Assembly: GCA_022565155.1 (NCBI GenBank)
Contig: JADFKB010000006.1
Span: forward strand, 53 to 64,052
Length of the DNA stretch: 64,000 bases
Direction: 5' to 3'
From: Chloroflexota bacterium
GTDB taxonomy: Bacteria > Chloroflexota > Dehalococcoidia > DSTF01 > RBG-16-68-14
Shown here: positions 11,850-21,908 of the stretch, piece by piece
How the letters are laid out: every line of letters starts with the position of its first letter
How positions within the stretch are numbered: position 1 is the first letter of the stretch
Translations under genes and position numbers: made by a program
Notes under the pieces: model-generated
Told to the model about the DNA's origin: nothing
What the model saw: the letters and a program-made list of their open reading frames with translations, nothing else
Databases searched by the model: none

Positions 11850-11871
11850 GCCTTTAGCAGGACCAAGGTAG

Positions 11872-13035
11872 ATGACGATCCGGAACAAGGCAGCGATCGT
11901 GGGCATCGGCCAGACGGAGTTCTCCAAGGATTCCGGCCGGAGCACCTTGCGCATGGCGCTGGAGGCGATCTTGCAGGCGCTCGATGACGCCGGGCTGAAA
12001 CCTCAGGATGTCGACGGCGTGGTGAAGATGAGCGCCAATAACGACATCTTCGAGATCGATCTCCTGCGCTCTCTCAACCTGTCCAATCTGCGTTTCTTCC
12101 ATGAGATCCCGCACGGCGGTGGCGCGGCGTGCGGGACGATCGCAGGCGCTGTGGCCGCAATCGCATCAGGCATGGCAGACGTGGTCGTAACCTTCCGCTC
12201 GCTGAACGAGCGCTCTGAGCGCCGGTTTGGACAATCCACCGTCGGTGGCGGTGTGGGAGGATGGGGCCAGGATAAGATACCACACGGTTTGGTGACGCCG
12301 GCGCAGTGGATCGCCATCTTCGGTCAGCGTTACCTGCATGAGTACGGGCACACAACCGAGGAGTTCGGCCGCGTCTCCGTCCTGTGTCGCAAACACGCGG
12401 CCACCAATCCTCACGCCATGATGTACGAACGCCCGATCACCCTGGAGGACCACCAGAACTCCCGCTGGATCACAGAGCCGCTGCGCCTGTTCGACTGCTG
12501 CCTCGACACGGACGGCGCGTGTGCGGCGATCGTCGTCTCCGCGGAGAAGGCGAAGCAGCTCAAGGGGACCCCTGCATACATCGCCGCGGCGGCCCAGGGC
12601 ACGGGCAGCCGCACGGAGATGATGACCAGCTATCAGCGCAAGAGCCTCGCTCGATTGGAGGAGGCTGAGGCCACGGCCGCGGAGCTGTACCGGACAGCGG
12701 AGCTGGAGCCTCAGCAGATCGACGTTGCCGAGATCTACGACCACTTCACGCCGATGGTGTTGATGGCCCTCGAGGCGTACGGGTTCGCCGAGCCCGGCCA
12801 GTCTCCGCATCTGTTCCGTGAGGGCCGTTTGGAGCTCGACGGCGATCTGCCGCTAAACACGCACGGCGGCCACCTGGGCGAGGGCTACCTCCACGGCTTC
12901 GGGCACATTGTTGAGGGGGTGCGTCAGATCCGCGGCTCCGCCGTAAACCAAGTCGAGGACGCCAAGACCTGCCTCGTGACGAGCGGCACGGGCGTCCCCA
13001 CGAGCGCGATCATCCTGTCCAAGGAGGCGTACTGA
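11872..13035 (+). CDS. ltp2: Ltp2-like thiolase-fold aldolase ('lipid-transfer protein')
   Basis: AAIVGIGQTEFSKDSGRS, EPLRLFDCC, IYDHFTP, NTHGGHLGEGYLHG. Confidence 0.78.
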   Translation: MTIRNKAAIVGIGQTEFSKDSGRSTLRMALEAILQALDDAGLKPQDVDGVVKMSANNDIFEIDLLRSLNLSNLRFFHEIPHGGGAACGTIAGAVAAIASGMADVVVTFRSLNERSERRFGQSTVGGGVGGWGQDKIPHGLVTPAQWIAIFGQRYLHEYGHTTEEFGRVSVLCRKHAATNPHAMMYERPITLEDHQNSRWITEPLRLFDCCLDTDGACAAIVVSAEKAKQLKGTPAYIAAAAQGTGSRTEMMTSYQRKSLARLEEAEATAAELYRTAELEPQQIDVAEIYDHFTPMVLMALEAYGFAEPGQSPHLFREGRLELDGDLPLNTHGGHLGEGYLHGFGHIVEGVRQIRGSAVNQVEDAKTCLVTSGTGVPTSAIILSKEAY

Positions 13036-13436
13036 TGGCGGAGTTCCCCCGGCCTTCGCCCCTGCCAGACCGCGACACGGCGCCGTTCTGGGAGGCCCAG
13101 AATAACCACGAATTGAAGTTCCAGAGGTGCACCGGTTGCGAGACGGTGCGCTACCCCGTGGGGCCCCTCTGCCCCGAGTGCCACTCCTTCGACTTCGAAT
13201 GGATCACGTCGAGCGGCCGAGGAACGATCTACAGCTACACCATAGTGCGGCACCAGACACACCCGGCCTTCGCGCCGCCCTACACCGTGTTGCTGGTGGA
13301 GATGGAAGAGGGGCCGCGCATCATCGCCCAGTTGCAGGCATCCGAAGACGCCCGGTTCGCGATCGACACTCCGGTGCACATCGAGTGGGAGGATCACCCA
13401 GGCCAGGCGCTCCCGGTCTTCGTACTCGACTCGTAG
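13035..13436 (+). CDS. DUF35 Zn-ribbon/OB-fold protein
   Basis: PFWEA, CxxC...CxxC, SGRGTIYSYT, VEMEEGPR. Confidence 0.88.
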   Translation: MAEFPRPSPLPDRDTAPFWEAQNNHELKFQRCTGCETVRYPVGPLCPECHSFDFEWITSSGRGTIYSYTIVRHQTHPAFAPPYTVLLVEMEEGPRIIAQLQASEDARFAIDTPVHIEWEDHPGQALPVFVLDS

Positions 13437-13515
13437 GAACGCGCTTGGCGCCTGCCGCCATCGCGGCCGCAGCGCCTGTGGTCATCTAAAGGCAGCGTAG
13501 GAGGAGGAAGACAAC

Positions 13516-14544
13516 ATGAAGCTTGGGCTCACCGTTGGATACTGGAGTTCTGGCCCGCCGCCCGACATCGGGCAGCGCATCGCCGAAGCCGAGGAGCTTG
13601 GCTTCGATTCCATGTGGACGGCGGAGGCGTACGGCTCGGACTGCCTCACGCCGCTCGCCTGGTGGGGCGCCAAGACGACGCGCATCAAGCTCGGCACGGC
13701 GATCGCCCAGGTGTCGGCCCGCACGCCCGCGGCGATGGCGATGGCTGCGATGACGCTGGACCACCTGTCAGGCGGCCGCTTCATCCTCGGCCTCGGCGTC
13801 TCCGGCCCCCAGGTAGTGGAGGGCTGGTACGGTCAACCGTTCCCCAGACCTCTGGAGCGCACACGGGAATACATCGAGATTATACGAACCATCCTCGCAC
13901 GAGAGCAGCCCCTGAATTTCGCCGGGCGACAGTACCAGATTCCATATCAGGGTGGGACCGGCCTCGGCAAGCCGTTGAAACCTATCGTCCACCCGCTCCG
14001 CGCTGACCTGCCCATCTACCTCGGCGCCGAGGGGCCGAAGAATGTCGCGCTCGCGGCGGAGATCGCTGACGGTTGGTTCCCGATCTTCTTCTCGCCGAAG
14101 ATGGACAAGTTCTACCGGGAGGCGCTGGCCGAAGGCTTCGCCCGCCCCGGCGCCCGCCGCAAGCCGGAGGACTTTGAGGTCGCGTCCAACGTGTCCATCA
14201 TCATCAATGACGATATCGAAGCTGCGGTGGACAGTATGAAACCGGGCCTGGCGCTCTACATCGGCGGGATGGGCGCGCGCGATATGAACTTTCACTTCGA
14301 TGTGTTCTGCCGGATGGGATACGAGGGGGAATGCCGTCAGATCCAAGATCTGTACCTGGACGGGAAGAGGGGCGAGGCTGCCGCCGCCGTTACGACCCAG
14401 ATGGTGCAGGACACCGCCCTCATAGGGCCGCTGGGCAAAATCAAAGACGAGCTTCAGGAGTGGAAGCGCACGGCGCTCACGACGATGCTGGTGGGAGGGT
14501 CGACGCAAACGCTACGGACGATCAGCGAACTCGTGTTGGCCTGA
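13516..14544 (+). CDS. LLM-class F420-dependent oxidoreductase
   Basis: WTAEAYGSD, LDHLSGGRFILGLGVSGPQVVEGWYG, GAEGPKN. Confidence 0.88.
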   Translation: MKLGLTVGYWSSGPPPDIGQRIAEAEELGFDSMWTAEAYGSDCLTPLAWWGAKTTRIKLGTAIAQVSARTPAAMAMAAMTLDHLSGGRFILGLGVSGPQVVEGWYGQPFPRPLERTREYIEIIRTILAREQPLNFAGRQYQIPYQGGTGLGKPLKPIVHPLRADLPIYLGAEGPKNVALAAEIADGWFPIFFSPKMDKFYREALAEGFARPGARRKPEDFEVASNVSIIINDDIEAAVDSMKPGLALYIGGMGARDMNFHFDVFCRMGYEGECRQIQDLYLDGKRGEAAAAVTTQMVQDTALIGPLGKIKDELQEWKRTALTTMLVGGSTQTLRTISELVLA

Positions 14545-14830
14545 CGGGCGCTACCGTCGACTCGACCGGCAGGCCCGCCTCCGAAACCTGGGCGGCGAGG
14601 CTGGCGGCTTTGTCAAGGCCCGGCTGTGGGCTCACCGTATCATCGGCCTCTCCCGTGGCGCTGAGGATACCCAGTGTACGCTCTATATCGGTGAGCGCTG
14701 GCGGCCCGGCCAATTCGCTGGGAGCGAGTGACTCGCGGGCCAGTTCGGGCTTGGACTCGAGAACTCGCTACGCGCCCCCTGCCTGGATCACGACAAGGTT
14801 GAGCGCGTGGCCCACCACGTCGTGCAACGC
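14545..14830 (-). pseudogene. Remnant of a HisKA_3 sensor kinase
   Basis: In-frame ALHDVVGHALNLVVIQAGGA*RVLESKPELARESL...LTDIERTLGIL...PQPGLD; H-box present, internal TAG at 14768-14770, both ends missing. Confidence 0.75.
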
Positions 14831-14916
14831 TCGGCTAGTAGTGGCGCCAAGCAGTCTAGAGGCCGCCAGCCCTATCGTCTGTTCGATTGGGTGGAAATCC
14901 GGCGCTGTGGACATTC

Positions 14917-14976
14917 TGGTGGAGCATCTGCCTCCCAGGCAGAGGGTCGCGAGTTCAAATCTCGTCTTCCGCTCCA
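14917..14976 (+). pseudogene. Degenerate tRNA-Gly(CCC) 3' portion
   Basis: Anticodon arm TCTGC-CTCCCAG-GCAGA, T-arm GCGAGTTCAAATCTCGT, end CTTCCGCTCCA; the 5' acceptor strand GCGGAAG is absent. Confidence 0.75.
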
Positions 14977-15322
14977 GAACTGCCATTGGGCGCACGGTTC
15001 GTATCTAGATCTGGCCGATTAGGCGATTCGAGCTTTGCCTCTTCCGAGGAAGAATAAGTCTGCCCTTGAGACTCGGTTTCCTCGTCTAAGGGGGTTAGGC
15101 GAAGAACTGGGCACTAGGCGCTCAGTGGCGGCACTCAAAAGACCACAAGCCCCCCGGGGTGCGTCGGCATTAAGAGAAGAAGTGTATGGCTAGGAGACTA
15201 GCCTTGATCCTTTCACTCCTGAGTATCTGGCATGCGCGCGTGCGCGACAGGTGCCATAGGGCCTAGGCAACCAGCCAATCGTCCTATCAATATCGCCGCC
15301 CCGCTATACTTGCTGCTGAACG

Positions 15323-16666
15323 ATGCAGCAGAGTACGCGACGCTGGCGTCAGGTGGGTGTGTGGCTGCCCGCCGCATTCATTGCGGCGACGGCAGCCGTG
15401 GCCGTGCTCGGCCTTGGCCGGGTCATCTCGGACGTCGCGGTGGTCGCCGTGATCGCCGGGCTTGGCGCAGTCGGTGCGGCGGTGTTCTCACGCTGGATCT
15501 TCCAGACGCTGGGCCATGCCCAACAGGAGACCGATGAGCGCGCTCGTGAACTGGCCGCGATCAACGAGGCCAGTCTCGCACTATCATCAGACCTGGACTT
15601 GCCATCGCTGCTTCAACGCGTAGTTGACCTGAGCCGGGACGTGACACATGCAAGGTATGGCGCGCTCGCGATGCTGGGAGAAGATGATGAGATCGCCCAG
15701 TTCATCACATCGGGCTTGGGTCAGGCTGAACGCGATCGAATCGGCCCGTTGCCGAAAGGACGAGGCCTGTTGGGAGCGGTGATTCAGTCGGGTGAGACCC
15801 TTCGCGTAGACGACATCGCCTCCCATCCGCAGGCGTTCGGTTTCCCGGAACACCATCCGCGCATGACGAGCTTCATCGGCCTACCGATCCGCTATGAGGG
15901 ACGCATCGTCGGCGATCTCTACCTCACGGACAAGGACGGCGGATCGCCGTTTTCGGAACGAGACGAGGAGATGCTTCGAGCCTTCGCGGCTCACGCCGCG
16001 GCCGCGATCGAGAATGCGCGACTCTACAGACAGGTACAGGACTTGGCCGTCGTGGAAGAGCGTGACCGGATCGGCATGGACATGCATGACGGCGTTATCC
16101 AGTCGCTGTACGCGACCGGCCTCAAGGTCGAGAACTGCCTGGAAGACCTTAAGGATGATCCGTCTCAAGTCGAACCGCAGCTCCACAACGTGCTCGATCA
16201 ACTCAACCAGAGTATCGCCGACCTGCGTGGGTACATCTTCAACCTTCGGCCGAACGAGCTTGCTGACAGCGATCTGGCGGGCGCCGTCGGCAGCCTGCTG
16301 CAGGAGTTGAAGGTGAACGCGCTGTTAGACGTGCAGCTCATCGAGGGGCCTCAGGCCTGCGAAGGCCTGTCGGCGGAACAGACGAAGGCTCTGTTCCATG
16401 TCGCGCGTGAGTCATTGGCAAACGTAAGGAAGCACGCGAAGGCGCACTCGGTTACCGCCAGTCTCGAGCATAGGGGCGGCAGCTTCCGCATGACGATCGT
16501 CGATGATGGCGGTGGGTTTGATCCCAACCAGCCCAGCAGTGGGCTAGGACTCCGGAACATCCGCGAGCGAGTCTCCGCCCTGGGCGGACAGATCGACATC
16601 AAGGCGGCTGTTGGCCAAGGCACCCAAGTCACGGTTGATATACTATTGGAGCGGAAGGGGTCTTAG
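15323..16666 (+). CDS. GAF-domain sensor histidine kinase, DosS/DosT-like, with two N-terminal hydrophobic helices
   Basis: PKGRGLLG, GFPEHHPRMTSFIGLP...LYLTDK (heme-binding GAF of the DosS type), ERDRIGMDMHDGVIQSL H-box, DDGGGF/GLGL ATPase motifs. Confidence 0.88.
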   Translation: MQQSTRRWRQVGVWLPAAFIAATAAVAVLGLGRVISDVAVVAVIAGLGAVGAAVFSRWIFQTLGHAQQETDERARELAAINEASLALSSDLDLPSLLQRVVDLSRDVTHARYGALAMLGEDDEIAQFITSGLGQAERDRIGPLPKGRGLLGAVIQSGETLRVDDIASHPQAFGFPEHHPRMTSFIGLPIRYEGRIVGDLYLTDKDGGSPFSERDEEMLRAFAAHAAAAIENARLYRQVQDLAVVEERDRIGMDMHDGVIQSLYATGLKVENCLEDLKDDPSQVEPQLHNVLDQLNQSIADLRGYIFNLRPNELADSDLAGAVGSLLQELKVNALLDVQLIEGPQACEGLSAEQTKALFHVARESLANVRKHAKAHSVTASLEHRGGSFRMTIVDDGGGFDPNQPSSGLGLRNIRERVSALGGQIDIKAAVGQGTQVTVDILLERKGS

Positions 16667-16668
16667 AC

Positions 16669-17331
16669 ATGGCCGGCAAGACACGCGTGATGATTGTGGA
16701 CGATCACGAGGTCGTCCGTGAAGGGCTGCGCTCACTGCTGCGCCGGCGCGAGGAGCTGGCCGTCGTTGGGGAGGCGGATTCGGTGGCATCCGCTATCGAA
16801 GAGGCGCGCAAGACCGAGCCGGACGTCGTGATCATGGATGTCCGCCTACCGGACGGCAGCGGCGTCGAGGCCTGTCGCGAGATCAGGTCTGAGCGTCCTG
16901 ACACTAAGGTGCTAATGCTTACGTCGTACGCCGACGAAGAGGCCGTGTTCGCCTCAATCATGGCGGGTGCGGTCGGCTACCTCCTGAAGCAGACGAGTAC
17001 GAGAACGCTGATCGAAGCGATCGAGCGGGCGATGAGGGGCGAATCACTTCTCGATCCCGCTGTTACGCAGCGCGTACTGGAGCGCGTGAGGAGTGGCAAG
17101 CAGGACGAGGACGAGGAGCTCGCGCTCCTTTCAGAACGGGAGCGCAAGATCCTCGACCTGATCGCGGAAGGCAAGACCAACAAGGAGATAGCGAAAGAGA
17201 TCTTTCTTAGCGACAAGACGGTGAAGAACTACGTCAGCAGCATCCTCAGCAAACTGAACATGCGCCGGCGCTCAGAGGCAGCCGCATTCATCGCCCGCCG
17301 GAGCCCGCGCACCGAGGAATCCCGAGACTAG
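16669..17331 (+). CDS. NarL-family response regulator, DosR/DevR-like
   Basis: VDDHEVVREG, MDVRLPDGSG, GKTNKEIAKEIFLSDKTVKNYVSSILSKL. Confidence 0.9.
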   Translation: MAGKTRVMIVDDHEVVREGLRSLLRRREELAVVGEADSVASAIEEARKTEPDVVIMDVRLPDGSGVEACREIRSERPDTKVLMLTSYADEEAVFASIMAGAVGYLLKQTSTRTLIEAIERAMRGESLLDPAVTQRVLERVRSGKQDEDEELALLSERERKILDLIAEGKTNKEIAKEIFLSDKTVKNYVSSILSKLNMRRRSEAAAFIARRSPRTEESRD

Positions 17332-17401
17332 CGCCAGCCTCTCGCCACGAGAGGTGTCTCTACTTTAGGCCCACGCGAAGTCTATCGAGCCTCGGGAACA
17401 T

Positions 17402-17437
17402 GGGCCGTTTGGCCAAGCCGAACGGGCGCTTTGGGCC
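17402..17437. promoter_or_regulatory. Tandem DosR-box-like palindromes upstream of the USP/mob operon
   Basis: GGGCCGTTTGGCCA (17402) and GGGCGCTTTGGGCC (17424), starts 22 bp apart. Confidence 0.6.
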
Positions 17438-17527
17438 TAGGAGTCCGCTCCCCTGACCATCTACGCTCATAGCAGGTCACGCTGCTTCGCCTTAACGAGT
17501 TGCGTGCGACGTGGAAAGGGGAACGCC

Positions 17528-18067
17528 ATGTTCAAGAAGATACTAGTTCCCGTGGATGGATCGAGCTTCTCCGAGCAAGCCATCCCTGCCGCGAGGGAGC
17601 TCCTGACGGGAGGTACTGAGGAAGTTACCCTCCTCACGATCAGTGAAGCGCCTAAGGCAACCCGGCGGCGGCGCAAGGGATTGCGGCGTCCCGTCCCATT
17701 GGCCGCAATGTCGGGATTCGCGCCCGCTGGCGTGCTTCCGGCTGAGCTTCCCGTGTACGTCGAGACGAAGGGCCAGGCCGTAGAACGCCGAGAACAAGAG
17801 CTGCTTGAGTACGTGAACCGGGCCGGGCGGCCGCTGGCAGAGACGGGCCGCAGCATCCATGCGGCGGTCCACTTTGGTAACCCCGCGATCGAGATCATCG
17901 ACTTCGCACAGAGGGGCCAGTTCGATCTGATCGTTATGGCCACGCACGGCCGCTCCGGCCTGTGCAAGACGATGCAAGGGAGCGTGACGGCGGAAGTGAT
18001 TCGCAGCGGGGTTACTCCGGTGCTCGTCGTGCGGCCGAAGAAGCGGCTGTCGAAGGCGCGCCGATGA
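17528..18067 (+). CDS. Universal stress protein
   Basis: MFKKILVPVDGS, DLIVMATHGRSG...GSVTAEVIR...PVLVV. Confidence 0.92.
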   Translation: MFKKILVPVDGSSFSEQAIPAARELLTGGTEEVTLLTISEAPKATRRRRKGLRRPVPLAAMSGFAPAGVLPAELPVYVETKGQAVERREQELLEYVNRAGRPLAETGRSIHAAVHFGNPAIEIIDFAQRGQFDLIVMATHGRSGLCKTMQGSVTAEVIRSGVTPVLVVRPKKRLSKARR

Positions 18068-18450
18068 TCGTACGCGTCCTTCTTGTGGATGCTCACGAAG
18101 AAGCCAGGCAATCGCTCGTCCGCAGGCTAGAGAGCGACGGCCGTGTGATGGTCGCTGCCCAGGCGCCAACGGTCGCGGAGGCTGGCGTCGTTGTTCGGGG
18201 CGCACAGTGTGACCTCGCGCTCATGAACGTCCAGAGCCACGACAACGAGTCGATTGCTCGGTGTCAGGAATTGCGCAGGCTGACCGAAATCCCGCTGGTC
18301 GTGCTCGCTTCCTTCATGACCATCGAGCAATGGCGGGCCCTGAGACAGGCCGGCGCCGCTGACTACCTGCTCAAACACGCGAACAGCCAGCGCCTCTGTA
18401 GCGCGATCGTGCGGTTGGCTGACCGGCATCGGTCGGATGAAGGGAGTTGA
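18064..18450 (+). CDS. Stand-alone receiver-like domain (atypical, Asp to Asn)
   Basis: VRVLLVDAHEE, DLALMNV, PLVVLASF, AGAADYLLK. Confidence 0.7.
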   Translation: MIVRVLLVDAHEEARQSLVRRLESDGRVMVAAQAPTVAEAGVVVRGAQCDLALMNVQSHDNESIARCQELRRLTEIPLVVLASFMTIEQWRALRQAGAADYLLKHANSQRLCSAIVRLADRHRSDEGS

Positions 18451-18453
18451 ACG

Positions 18454-18963
18454 ATGACGGTTGCTATCGGTATCATCGGCTGTAAGAATGCGGGCAAGAC
18501 GACTCTGATAGAGGGCCTGCTCAAGGAATTCGCATCCCGAGGACTGCGTGCGGCGACGATTAAGCACGATGCGCACGATTTCGAGATCGACATCCCTGGC
18601 AAGGACACCTGGCGACATCGCGCAGCCGGAAGCAAGCTGACGATCATCGCGTCGGCGTCGAAGATCGCGCTGGTGCGTGAGAACGAGCGCGAGGCTGAGC
18701 TGCACGAACTGCTTCAGTTCGTCGACGACTCGTTCGATCTGGTGCTCGTGGAGGGTATGCGGAACAGTCCGTTGCCGAAGATCCTGGTCCGGCGTTCCGG
18801 CGCGGGCGACGACCCTCCCGGTATTCAGGGAGAGATCCTCGCAGTCGTTTCAGGAGACGCCGAGGCTGCTTCGCGGACAGGCCTCTTCCGGCCAGACGAC
18901 GCGGCGGCGCTCGCGGACCTCATTCAGGAGCGGCTGCTCAACAAAGAGGCGATGACGGCTTGA
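18454..18963 (+). CDS. mobB: Molybdopterin-guanine dinucleotide biosynthesis protein B
   Basis: GCKNAGKTTL P-loop, TIKHDAHDFEIDIPGKDTWRH, DLVLVEG. Confidence 0.9.
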   Translation: MTVAIGIIGCKNAGKTTLIEGLLKEFASRGLRAATIKHDAHDFEIDIPGKDTWRHRAAGSKLTIIASASKIALVRENEREAELHELLQFVDDSFDLVLVEGMRNSPLPKILVRRSGAGDDPPGIQGEILAVVSGDAEAASRTGLFRPDDAAALADLIQERLLNKEAMTA

Positions 18964-19568
18964 CAAAGGACAACGTCATCGGAGCAGTTCTCGCCGGCGG
19001 TTACGGCCGTCGCATCGGCTGCGACAAGGCGACCGTCGAGCTCGACGGCAGACCGCTGATCAGCTACCCGGTTGGCGCACTGAGGTCGGCGGGCCTCGAC
19101 GTTGTTCTGGCACTGCGCAGTGGCCAGGAGATGCTAGCTGGCCTCGATGACGTGAGCTTCGTCCACGACGAATTCGAAGGCGCCGGGCCGCTGGGAGGCC
19201 TCCACGCACTACTCAAGTGGATGCCGGGCGAATGGGCGCTCGTGGTCTCCTGTGACCAGCCGTTCGTCCGAGTGAACCTGCTGCACGGCATCATGTCCCA
19301 CAGCGATTGTACGGCCGACGCCGTCGTCGCGCGGATGTCGGAGTGCCTGCAGCCAATGCCCGGCCTTTTTCGAAAGACGTGCCTGCCGTTCGTTGAAGAG
19401 GCCTTGGCCAAGGGCGAGATGGGCCTCCGGAACCTGCTGCACCACATCCGCCTCTACGAACTGGAGGGCGAAGAGATCGACCGCCTCGACTTTGAGCGCT
19501 CTTCCTTCATCAACATCAACACACCAGAGGATCTCGCCAACGCTCGTCGTCTCGCGGTCGCGCTCTAG
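18960..19568 (+). CDS. mobA: Molybdenum cofactor guanylyltransferase
   Basis: VLAGGYGRRIGCDKA, GPLGG, SCDQPF, FININTPEDL. Confidence 0.9.
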   Translation: MTKDNVIGAVLAGGYGRRIGCDKATVELDGRPLISYPVGALRSAGLDVVLALRSGQEMLAGLDDVSFVHDEFEGAGPLGGLHALLKWMPGEWALVVSCDQPFVRVNLLHGIMSHSDCTADAVVARMSECLQPMPGLFRKTCLPFVEEALAKGEMGLRNLLHHIRLYELEGEEIDRLDFERSSFININTPEDLANARRLAVAL

Positions 19569-19673
19569 TTGGACGGCTTCAGCACAGAAGGGGACGCACT
19601 GAGCACAGCCATTGCAGTGCTGGTGCCGGGCGGCGATCGTTTTGGCTCCCGAATCGCGCCGATTGGCCCCTTG

Positions 19674-19929
19674 GTGGTTCCGGCGCCTACGTTCAGCGCG
19701 GGCTGTGGACGGAGATTGGCGCGGGAGTCCGCTCCGAAGCTTCTTCGCCGATGTTAAAGGCGCCGGCCAGGAGCCCGACTCCGAGGATGATGAGCAACTG
19801 ATGGTAGGTTGCTTCCGGCATATAACCAGCTACCAATAGAAGAAGCAGGCCTGTTCCAAACCAGAAGGCGTCCTTGTCACGAAAGCAGGCCACGACCGTC
19901 ACGAGATAGAGAGCCTGTGACAGGAGATA
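19674..19929. repeat. Direct repeat copy 1 (about 255 bp): duplicated 3' end of the membrane-protein gene at 21909-22943
   Basis: Near-identical to about 21891-22145; encodes TVVACFRDKDAFWFGTGLLLLLVAGYMPEATYHQLL versus ...FWLGTGLLLLLVAGYMPEATYHHLL. Confidence 0.9.
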
Positions 19930-20137
19930 GAGTTGGAGGCCGGGGGGCCTCGCCAGTCTGCCGGCGGCCGTACTTGCTCACCGTATCGAGCCGGAATGCA
20001 GTTCGTTATGGGCCGCTTCGGGGCCCCTCCTCGACTACGTAAGCTAGGACACGGACAGCTCTCTTCGCAGCCCGGAGAATAGTAGTGGCTACTGGTGTGA
20101 GGGCAGCCGTTGGTTGCTTACCGTCACCTTGTGCGCA

Positions 20138-21028
20138 ATGGAGCGACGCGTGTCTCACCACGACTTTCGGTACGAGAGCAAGTTCGCCACTATCGACGGC
20201 ATGCGGATCCACTATGTGGAGGAGGGTGCGGGCCGGCCGGTGCTGTTTGTCCACGGCAATCCGACGTGGTCATACTTGTGGCGTAACATCATCCCCAAAG
20301 TGGCGGAGACTGAGCGGGCGCTCGCGATCGACCTGCTTGGCTTTGGAAAGTCCGACAAGCCGGTCGATGCCGACTACAGCTTCGACCAGCACTGCGCGAT
20401 CGTCAGCGAGTTCATTCAGTCGATGGGCCTGAAGGACGTCGCGCTCGTGCTCCACGACTGGGGCGGGCTGATCGGGATGAACTATGCCATCGATCACGTG
20501 AAGAACGTGCGCAGGGTCGTCTTGCTGTCGACGTTCGTAGCGCCGGTCGCGCTGCCGTTCGCCTCCGTTCTCCGGCTGATCCGGGATTCTGCCCTTACGC
20601 CACTCTTCGTCCAGCGGCTGAACTTGTTCATGCCTCTCGTATTACGGTTGGGCGTCGCGAGACGCTCGAGCATGAGCGACGGCGTGCTAGAGCAGTATTA
20701 CGCTCCGTTTCCTGACTACGCCTCTCGCCGTTCAGTCCGGCGATGGCCGGAGCAGATTCCGCTCGTCCCTTCGGACATCACCTACCAGGCGCTGGATCGT
20801 ATCGGTCGAGCCTTGCCATCGTTCGATAGGCAGGTGCTCGTGCTGAAGGCGGACCGCGATCCGATCCTCACGATGAAGCGTGCAGAGTGGCTCGTGCAGA
20901 CGCTGCCGCGGGGGCGTCTGGTAGTGATCGAACAGGCCGGCCACTTTGCCCAGGAGGACCAGCCGAACAAGGTCGCGACAGCCATCAGCGCATTCTTGCG
21001 CGAAGAGGGTCAAGGAGACAGCACATGA
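20138..21028 (+). CDS. Alpha/beta hydrolase, haloalkane dehalogenase-like
   Basis: HGNPTWSYLWR, DLLGFGKSDKP, LHDWGG (nucleophile Asp), AGHFAQED. Confidence 0.85.
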   Translation: MERRVSHHDFRYESKFATIDGMRIHYVEEGAGRPVLFVHGNPTWSYLWRNIIPKVAETERALAIDLLGFGKSDKPVDADYSFDQHCAIVSEFIQSMGLKDVALVLHDWGGLIGMNYAIDHVKNVRRVVLLSTFVAPVALPFASVLRLIRDSALTPLFVQRLNLFMPLVLRLGVARRSSMSDGVLEQYYAPFPDYASRRSVRRWPEQIPLVPSDITYQALDRIGRALPSFDRQVLVLKADRDPILTMKRAEWLVQTLPRGRLVVIEQAGHFAQEDQPNKVATAISAFLREEGQGDST

Positions 21029-21750
21029 GCACCATAACCCAGCATAGCGCTATCAGGCGATGGCTCATTCGCTTCAACGCGGGCGATAGCAGGCTGAAGC
21101 GGTTTACCCTCAAGCTCTCTTACTATGTCTTCATCGTGCTCCCGTACCCACTGCGGCGGGTCGCGGCCGCCGCGTTCATCCTCGCGACGTTGGGCGTGAA
21201 GAAGCTCGCTGGGGTCGAGCGCCAGAACGAGCTGACGCCGCTGGACGAGGTGGGGACGCTGTCGTTCTGGGGGGTGCCCGGCGTCGATACGGTCGCGGCT
21301 ACGCTGACCATCGGCGGCGAGGTCGAGCGCGATGTTGAGCTGCGGATCGACGAACTCATCGCGATGCCGACCGTCGAGCGAACAGTTCGGATGGATTGCG
21401 TGGGCGGCTTTCGCAACAACACCGTGATGACCGGGGTCAGCGTCGCCCACCTCTTCGATCTGGTTGGGGTACGCGATTCCGCCGTTCGGGCCGTCTTCTA
21501 CTGTGCGGATGGCTACTACGAAAGCATGTCGATCTCTGAGCTAGTCGAGGGCGAGGCGTTCTTGGCCTACCTGGTGAACGGCGAGCGCGTCGACAAACTC
21601 GGCAACCCGCTGCGATTGGCCATCCCGGGTAAGTACGGCTACAAGTGGGCGAAGTGGATCCAGCGGATCGAGCTCGTCGACGATGAGCGCAAGGGCTATT
21701 GGGAGAGCCGGGGACTGCCGGACCGGGCGAACCTTGGGGATGTTTGGTAG
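21025..21750 (+). CDS. Sulfite-oxidase-family molybdopterin-binding oxidoreductase with an N-terminal hydrophobic segment
   Basis: LTIGGEV, MDCVGG (Mo-ligand Cys), CADGY, GNPLRLAIPGKYGYKWAKWI, GYWESRG. Confidence 0.85.
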   Translation: MSTITQHSAIRRWLIRFNAGDSRLKRFTLKLSYYVFIVLPYPLRRVAAAAFILATLGVKKLAGVERQNELTPLDEVGTLSFWGVPGVDTVAATLTIGGEVERDVELRIDELIAMPTVERTVRMDCVGGFRNNTVMTGVSVAHLFDLVGVRDSAVRAVFYCADGYYESMSISELVEGEAFLAYLVNGERVDKLGNPLRLAIPGKYGYKWAKWIQRIELVDDERKGYWESRGLPDRANLGDVW

Positions 21751-21908
21751 GGCCGTAAAGGAAGGGGGCACCCGTTTGTCCCTTCTCCTATTCCAACCCC
21801 ATGGCTAATGACAATGGCCGCCATTCTGGCGGCCACCTGTCTGTGTCAGACCTCGACCATCTGCTTGCTGATCTCTTTCCTGGCATTTGATGGTTCCGCC
21901 GCCTACGT

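Noticed and set aside
14917-14976. Functional tRNA-Gly gene
   Set aside because: The 5' acceptor strand and D-arm cannot pair, so it is treated as a fragment; the same applies to 54801-54852.
20010-20026. GGGCCGCTTCGGGGCCC as another DosR-like box
   Set aside because: Half-site spacing is 3 bp too long for the 14-bp consensus; more likely a small hairpin.
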